DNA of 64,000 nucleotides from an uncultured bacterium (GTDB lineage Bacteria; Omnitrophota; Omnitrophia; Omnitrophales; JACQLI01): NCBI GenBank assembly GCA_964372875.1, contig CAYJTB010000001.1, positions 27,860 to 91,859 of the forward strand, read 5' to 3'. Shown piece by piece: positions 18,301 to 27,300 of this stretch (position 1 is its first letter; each line of letters starts with the position of its first letter). The notes under the pieces were generated by a model. It saw only the letters and a program-made list of their open reading frames with translations, ran no database searches and was not told where the DNA came from. The position numbers and the translations under genes were made by a program.

Positions 18301-21300
18301 AGAATCATGATGGCTACAATTATAGAGAGAACAGCCTTGGCCTTCAATGAAGTTTTCCAAATGTTTTCGCTCACCACGAGGGCTGCTAATACAAGGCTCA
18401 CCGCCCTCATGATCCCATCAGCAAACAAATTCCGTCTTTTAGATGGAAAAAGGGTTTTCATCTCAATGCTTCAAGCGCCGCAACCTAACACAGGATTAAT
18501 TTTAAGTCAAATATTATTTTTAGAATATGAAATATCCCGCCGCTCGGAGGTGCGGGAATACATCTCGGATTGGACGGTCTCGACCTTGGAAACGAAACAG
18601 CCGGTTTTGGCGGCGGCATTTTCAACGGACGGGAAGATTTTGGCCGCGGGCGCAAGAAACAACGTTCATCTGACCAACGGAGACCTTCGGAAATGGTCCG
18701 TGGAATTTAGGGCCCACCGCAACGAGATTGCAAAACTTATTTCTTTTCAAAGAGGAAACAGGAATTTTTTCGCCACAGCCAGCAGAATCGGCTCGATCAG
18801 CCTATGGAATTCAAACGGCGGGCTGATCCGGCGGCTGGAGCAGCTTAATCCGGAGGATTTCCAACCTGTGTTAGGGTTATCCGTTTCTAAAAATGGAGAT
18901 TGGCTGGCAGCCACGGACATGGATGTAATGAAGATCTACGATCTTACGGGAATGAGTTCCCCTAAAACAATTCCCATCACGGATCAAAGTCGCAATCATT
19001 TCGTTCAATTTTCTCCCGATGGGACGAGCATCGCCTCCACTTATTACGGCGAAATCCGAATCGAGGATATCAAAACCGGAAAACTCCGCGCGAACCTTCA
19101 TCACGAAGCTTCTCTTAAGAAGTCCATGGATACGTCAGCCTTGGCCTTTTCCAAAGGCGATGATGTCGCCGCGGCCTCCACCGACGGAAAAATCAGGATC
19201 TGGAGATGGAAAGGGGAAAGGCAGCCTCAGGTTTTAGATTTTTTGTCACCAGCCCGCGAAGCAAGCCACCTCATCTTTTCACCTAATGGAAAACGTCTCG
19301 CCGCGTCTACGGCAGATCAGATCGAAATATGGAAACTTAATGGAAAAGTGTGGCGTCATGAAGAAACAATCTATCCGCATCTGGACGCCGTGACAGAAAT
19401 TTTATTTTCACCGGATGCAAAACGGTTTATGGCCGCAGGCATTTGGCACGGAAGCGGGAGAGTCCGAATTTGGTCGAAGGAAACGCCGGCAAGGGCCGAA
19501 GTGCGGACCGACGGCATCCCGACAACCTGGTTCCGGATTTTTAACAGGCTGGATAACCTTAACCGGGAAGTGTGGAAACAAAAAGATTTAGACATCATTG
19601 ACCTGACCAACCAATTGGAGAAAAAACTCATCAGCTTATTCGGTTCGCAGCTCCTTTATGGAATCTGGACTTGGAATACTTCAGTTCGGGAAGTACGGTT
19701 TGGCCTTAGGTCGGGGCCTTTAAGTTTTGAATTGACTGCCAACCCGCATCAGGAAATCCCGGAAAGAGAAATTAAAAGGGGATACACGGTAACAATGAAT
19801 GCGATGCTTACTTCCGCTGCGGAAAGTCAGCATGCAAAAAAATGGGGAGACAGCGAACCGGAAGAAAGGGGAGAGACTTTGCTTGAAATTCCTATTGCAG
19901 AGATCGACCGCTCCCAACCTGTTATCTATTTCGGCAGTTTCTATTTTGATACCGACAAGGAAAAGAAAGAAACGATCATCAAACAGGAAATCCTTTTCCT
20001 TCCCGGAGAGGAGAGAAATTATCAAATCTATATTTGGCATAACAACGCCCTTGAAAAAACTACCTTAGAAAAAGAAGGCGGCAGGACCTACGCGGTATGG
20101 AGAACGCCGGAAGCCGAACCTTCCCTTTCGTTTCAATATGTGGCACTGCATGATGCCCAAGGCAAAGACCTGGGCGAAATAAGCCGGCTCATTCTGAAAG
20201 CCGGAAACTCGGAAACTTACAGGAACAACCTTCAATTTCTTTACGGTCCTATTTGGAGAGACGAAACGTCGAGTTTTTCTCATGGTAGCAGAACTTCCGT
20301 AAAACCATCGGTTTTTGAAGACCTTATCTCTGCTGCGCCGGGCAAAAGGATCGCTGCGCTGCTGGGTCTAGCGATTGAATATCAATATGTCCCGGAAGGC
20401 CAAGTATTCAGCCGGATGCTGCTTACCGAATTGGAAAAATTGGAGGGCCTGCCGTACGGACGAATCGCAGCGCTTCGAGAAATTGCGGAAATGAGTCCCG
20501 AGGAAGCCCATGAAAGATTTAAAGATCCCTACGACCAGCCCAGCGCGATCCCGGCCGTCATGACCCTCGTGGCCAGCCTCGCCCCGCGTCTCCTTGAAAG
20601 AATGAAAAATTGGGATCAGGAATTTTATGAAGAGCTAAAAGGGGTCCTGCAAAAACCGGATCTCAAAACTTTATTCGAGGAAGGGGAGGTCAAATTTTAT
20701 GAGGCGGATCATCTCTGGGCCGCTTCAGATAACCGATCTTTTTTCCCTGGTGTTGTCGCCTTTTCAAGGAGTAAAGACCGGCAAATCATCGTCCCAATCT
20801 ATTTCGGCAACGAACCGAAAGATGAAGACGGCAAAGTCTGGTTTAAAATCTTGGACGCCACATCGCTTGGAATCGAGAATTCAAATGCCGCCACTTACCA
20901 AGTCTACGACCACATGCTCGGGGAATTTTATAAAACACTTCATTCAGGGGAAAAACTTTATCGAGAGGGTTGGAGCATCGGCATTCCGGTCGTCCCGGGA
21001 AAGCTGGACCGGGCCGGGTTTATCCAAAAGGGACGGCATGTTCAATTTTTGGAAATGCGAAGGACCCAATCTCTAACGACGGCGACCCGGATCGGCTTGC
21101 CGGAAAATCTTGTCAAGACACAAGGGATTCTTACGGATCTTTTGAGAGAAATGAGTAAACTCGAAATTTATTTTTTTATCAGTAAGACCGGTGCAACCGA
21201 TCGGCGCATGGTGCCTGTGGATAACGTTTATGAATTTTTTTCATCCTATGCGGGGAAAAAAGGCGAGCATTGGAATGAAATCGTAAGTGAGCCCCTTCAA

Positions 21301-24300
21301 TTGACCGTGAGCTCTCCGGGTTTTAAGCGCCAGACGCTTCGGCATGCGCTTCGGATGATGCAGGAAGCGCTTCAACTTACTTATTCTTTCCCCGGCACTT
21401 TGAAAGGAAATGACCCCCACCTTTCTTTTTATCACGATAAATTAATCGAAGAGACCCAACTTTTAAAAACATCGGATCAAACCGGAAAGTGGGCCCATGT
21501 CGAATTCGAAATCGCAAGCAGCCATTTTGAAATGCCGGATCATTGGGATCAGCCCGCCGAAAATTCGCTGCGTCAAAGAATTCAGGCGTTGCGCGAGGCA
21601 TTAGAAATTCCCTTTGTCCTTATGTTAAAAGCACCTTCCGGCGCCAAGGATCCTTATCACATCGAGCCGGTGGGAAACCTTCACCAGCGGCTTCCTTATT
21701 TTGTTCTCAAAGATGATTTCTTGAAAAATCCTCACGATCCGCGTTTTCCCTATTTTTCAAAAGGCGCTCAACTCAGTTTCGGACTTGAAGCACCCATGGA
21801 TTCGGCAAGATTGGAACAAGTTAGAAATATTCTGGTTGCAAGTCTTGAAGGCCGGATGTCGGCAGCTACCCTTAAGCGTGCCATTGAAGTGACGATGCAT
21901 CAGTGGCAAAGAGAAGACTCCTTCTTTTCCGAATCCCGCTCCGAGGCACGCCGTGTGCCTCGAACGCTTGCGGTGCACCCGGTGCGGTTGGCACCGGGTA
22001 CTCCGCTATACCCGGACCGGTCGGGTCCGGGTGTTGCGGTGCAGAGTCATTGGAACTCTGCCCGTTCAGAAGTTCGAACGGAGAAGTCAGAACGTCTAAC
22101 TCGTTCCAATGCAGGCGAATTACTCAAACCGCGCAGATACCTCAAGAATAAAATCTACGGAATTGGGCGCATTACCGCTGTGGAAGGAAAATTCGGGGGA
22201 AAAGATCCTCAAGGCTCCGTCGAGGTCGCTTTTTTAAATAAACACGGATTCGAAGAAACGAAAGAATTTTCCACCTGGTCACTTTTTCAATTGCCGGAGC
22301 AAAATCCCGAAGAAGCTTTCTTTTCCGTTACCAGGCAAGAAATCGAAGATTTCAAGAATCAAAAAAGACAAGGTCAAGCAGCTTATAAAGAAGAAATAGA
22401 TAAAAAACGCATAGCCCAACGGGAGGGCAGGCAATGGATGGAAGCACAAAGCCCCACATTTTCTCTCTACGATTCGCCTTTCAGCGCAAGAGCCGGAAGG
22501 CCCCTGGCCGCAGATTATAGAAAATTGATGCAAGGAATCCAAGACCGGGCACAGGGCGAGTATCACTTGGGCAGCGCCTCCATCGTGGAACGAAAAATTT
22601 TGTTTGAAATGCTGGGCACTCGCCTGATCCCTAAGACGAACCAATCGGAAACCACCCTTCGGATCAACTTAGGCCGGAGAAAAAAGGAATTCGCAGAGAA
22701 ATTGAAAACGATTTTAGATGAAACGGGCGGGCTAAGCGCCCGGGCCGTGAGCGAGGCGGAAGAGAAAATCATGTCTCCCAAAGATAAGTCCCGTGCGCTT
22801 TCAAGCGAATGGCTGAAATTCCGGGATCCTGTTACCGGTAAATTTGCGACCGAAAAAGATATCAAACGCTGGATCCAGAATGCCATTCCGATCGTTGAAA
22901 GAATCTTAGAATATGAAGTAAAACTTCTCAAATTAGAAAAACAAATTCAAATTCATCCGCGGCCTCTTGCGCGATCCGAAGTAAGGGCCGCTGAAAGTTC
23001 TCCCACAAAGAAGGTCGCATTTTTTAACCTCAGGACCGCGGACGATTCATCCATTGTTTTGCCGCAAAGGATGTCCTATCTTCCCGTCGAGCAGCGGTTG
23101 CCTGACTATAGCGCCTGGCGGATTCGAGTGGGAAGGGAATCGGGAAATTTGCACGCATTTTTGAGAGATGTCCTTGGCCCACGCTGGCATTGGAATGTCA
23201 AAGGAGAAACTAAGGCTTATTTTCTTTATAAAAGTCTCCCGAAGAAATTCAAACAATTTATTGGTAAACGCAAACCGCCGACAGGTTTTGATATGGAAGC
23301 GCTTGGACTTTTGGTGGTTAATCGAAGCGACATTTTTTACATTCCGATGGAAGAAACTGTGAATGAATCCGTGGTAACGGTGTTAGACAAAAATGACCGG
23401 GACGCGATCAATGAATTTATAAGCCATCATGCAATGATCCAAACGGTGCCGCAGAATATCCGGATCTTTCCTCCCGTTCGATATGAGAGCGTCAAGTTTG
23501 GATTGGGAGAGGATCCCGTGTCGAGTCCCAAGCCCGGCTCCATCGAAGTTGTTTATCACCCCAGGCTCATGGTCAATGATCTTGGCAAGGCAGATAAAGA
23601 AATTATTTTCGAAACCAGTTTCGACTTAACACAATTAAGGCCCCGGAAAAAGATTACGGCTGAACTTGAGGGAAGATTCTATCAAGAGTTAAAGTCCAGG
23701 CTGCGCAATACTTGGCAGATCCGCATAGGCAACCGGACCGTGGAAATGCCTCGGGCAAAAGATTTGCCGGCTAAAGTTCAAGACGTGGAAGAAATTTTGT
23801 TGCCGGGGAATAACCGTAAAACGGCGTCTTTACATTTCAATGATGCGGTTTCGTTCTATCTCGACGGAATTTTGATGCGCTCCAATGTGCCTGTACCCAA
23901 GGATATTCACGCCTGGATTTTTTGGAAAACACGGATTCGTTTTAACGATCAGGAAATCTCGGTTGAAACGACCGAAGGCAACAATGTATTAACTTATCGA
24001 ACAGATGAAACCGGTGAACATCTGCGGGTCAATGGCGAACCGACAGACAATAGTGTTTTGCAAAACATGATTCGTCAGATGGGCTCCGCTTTTTCAATCT
24101 TGGCCTTTCAGATGGCGCGCGATCCCGAACAAACGGATTATCTTCGCGAATCCGGCAAAGAAACGATTGATGATGAATTCGACCAATGGCTCGGCCGTTC
24201 TGAGGTGCGGGAAGAAGGACAGCCTGCACAAAATGGGAATGGCCACGCTATCCAGAAAAAGCAAAGAGGCCGCGGGTTCAGGACTAAAGAAGAAGCCTTG

Positions 24301-27300
24301 CAAGCCCTTGCCGAAAGACAGGCAAAAGGTCTTTCCAGTGATCCAAAATCCCTTCAAAGGCATTTAGCCGAAGGCGGCAACCCTACTTTGCTCACCTTCA
24401 TTTATCGATGGAATCAAAAGCACCCGGAAGAACCCATTGAAATGAAATTGTTGCCTACCCGAACCCACAAGTACGAATCCAAAGGAGAAATTATTGAAGC
24501 GCTGGAAAAAAGGCGGCTGGAAAAAGGAGAATCAGCCAATTATCGAATGCAATTACGCCTTCATATAGAAGAAGGCGGCGATCGTACATTGTATCAAGCG
24601 GTTCTGCGTTGGAATCATGATCATCCAGAGGATTTGATCAATCTTCCTTTGGATCCCCATGTGGCGCATGGTCAATTGGGAAAATACCAGACCAAACAAG
24701 ACGGCTTGAATACTTTGAGTGAAAGGAAAAAACAAGGTCTGGGAAATTCAACCAGCGATCTCAGGCAAACTAAATCGGATGGGGGGGATTGGCCTCTTCT
24801 TGTTTTTATTCGCCATTGGAATAAGAAGCATCCGAAGGATCGCATTGCGCTGGAGAATGCTGACCAAAACTTCAACCGCCTGAGTCCTGTTGCGGTCTGG
24901 CATTCCCAGACGCAGGATTTCAAGACGACCGATCAAAAAAGAACCGAATGGTGGCGGGCCTTGCAGGAAGAGGCGGATCACGAAGCTGGAAAAAGGCTGG
25001 TCGAGTCTTTTATTCCTTCAGTCAATGAGATTGCCCAAAGGTTAAGCGGGGGGAGAGATTCGCATTATGAAGCGGATTTAATCCAAAACGGAAATATGAT
25101 TGTCCTTGAGACGATCTATCCCGAGCGTAAAGAAGACCAGTGGAATCCGAGCCGCGGGGTTTCCATGACCGAATTTGTCGAGACCCGTTTAAAGAAAGAG
25201 ATGAGGCACCGGACATTGCAAGAGATACGTTCCAGCGGGAGATTTTCCATCGACGAGCCCTACCGTTTTTCCAAAGGCAGAGAAAAGGAATGGCAGGTTC
25301 CCAGTTATGACGCCCAACCGCAGGAAGTCCGAATTAACAACTTGGCTGATGAGAGGGACAAGCAATCGGGCCTTCCCGTGATTTTGTTTGAGGAAAAACA
25401 TCAAATCGCCCGCGAGATCGGAAAATGGTTAATCAAAAAAGGTTTTCTTAAACAGGTCAAGCAGGAAGGGATTCAGAACCTTGCCGTTTCAATGATCGGA
25501 AGCCTGGGAGTGCTCGGATCGGCAGTCAGAGATAAAAGCGATCTTAATTTGATGGTTGTTACCGACGCAAATGAGTCGCAGGCTGAAGCCCTCGCAGAAA
25601 AACTTGCGCAGTGGATCGGGGGCCGATATCACGAGCCGCAGGATTCGGAGCCTATCCGCATCTCCGTAGGAAAAGAAGGTGATTATGAGCAAGCCATAGC
25701 AGACGGAAACGGCTTCATTAGCTTACTTCAAAAACACAAGGTGGGCACAGACCCCATCAAAGGAATTGCAAGCGTTGAAGTGATTGGAATTCCCGACGAA
25801 GACAACTCGTTTTCCGAAGACTCTCTTACCCGGCAAAAAACGCGGGCGGCTTTTCACCTGGCCTTCCAAGATCCCCGGTTAGCCGAGCAGGCAATCAATG
25901 GGATCCTTGTCCTTGAAAATGCCAAGGGGGCCGCAGAGCGTCTTGCCCAAAAATTGCCGAGCGATCAGGAAAACCTTTTCGGTTATTATGAAAAATTTCT
26001 TGCCAAACAAGCCGCCAATCTTCGCAAGTTGCAGGAATCTTCCATTGACTCAAAAGCAAGGGCCGAGGTGCACCCGAATCCGACCGATTCGGGTACTCCT
26101 CAGTCCTCGCCCGATCAGGCGAGGGCCGAGGTGCGTTCTTCTTTGCCGGAGCAACGGGCGGAAAAGAAGTTAGAAACAAGAAAGTTGGAAATTGGAGCAG
26201 GAATCAGCGGGCTTAGCGGCCGCGTTGAAACATCTAATGGGCGTGTTTTTTCCGGAAGTGATCGATTGCCAATAAAGTCAACGAGATCGCCGCAAAAATC
26301 AGAATGGCAAGGACAGCCGTCATTTAGTCTTCCTCCTTTGAGGAGCTTGCCGCAAAAATCAAGCCCAAATAAAAGCATATCACGAGTCCTCCTAGAACGA
26401 CAAGCCGCCATTTCAGGGAGAGTTTTAGGAAAAGCTCTCCTCCCAGAACTCCTGCTAATAGGACCAAAATCACATGCTGAAACAACTTTGCCAGCCAGTC
26501 CCTCCGGGCCGTTGTCAGGAATATACTTTTCACAAAATAAAATATATAGCAATATCAATTCAGAGTTAAGCGATTTTTCCCGCTCCGATGGTTCGACAAG
26601 CTCACCATCGGTCCTGAGCAAGGCCGAAGGCCGCGTCGAACGCGCCGAGGTGCACCCGAATCCGACCGATTCGGGTACTCCTCCGCACTCACGCCCAACC
26701 GGCGTGAGTACTGAGGTGTCCCTGGCGGCGCCGCCAGGGGCTCCTCCGTCCTCGCCTGAACGGGCGAGGGCCGAGGTGCGGGCAAGCGTTGAAGAAATAA
26801 TCAGGAAGCAGATGCTTTCTGGAGATCTGAAGGCCTTTGAAAAGAATTTCGAATCTTACGACCGTGAAAAGGCCTTTGAACTTTTAAATAGCATTTCGAA
26901 AATTGCCAAGGAAATTTCAGAAAGGATCCGCAAAGGAGAAGAAGAACTGATGGTAGCTGCAAACAATGGCCAAAAAATGCAAGAAATCATTGACGCGGCT
27001 AAAATCTTGGAAAATTTCCCAAATGATAAACAAATACATGGTGTCCACCTATCAGCTATTATAAATTTACAGGAAATCTTCAATCTTACACCAAAAGCAT
27101 TGCCAAGATATCGCAATCTCTTAGAAGCTATTGTTAAACACGCGTCAAAAAAAGAACAACCTCACCAGGCAGCAGCTGAAATTATCGAGAGCTTTGAAGG
27201 AGAACAGCACGCTGATTCCCAACAAGATCAATTTCAAAGGAACGAAGCACTGGAATTTTTAACCCTAGATCTGGATGAAAAAGTTTTTAAAGAAACAGTA

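Noticed and set aside
18480-18520. Integron attC-like site (GTTAGGT core) next to the antisense small gene
   Set aside because: Single heptamer match only; no paired R/L boxes, no intI nearby.
26115-26621. 168-aa minus-strand ORF overlapping the small 2-TM gene in another frame
   Set aside because: Low-complexity, Cys/Arg-rich translation spanning GC-rich hairpin repeats; the nested 69-aa ORF has the paralog support instead.
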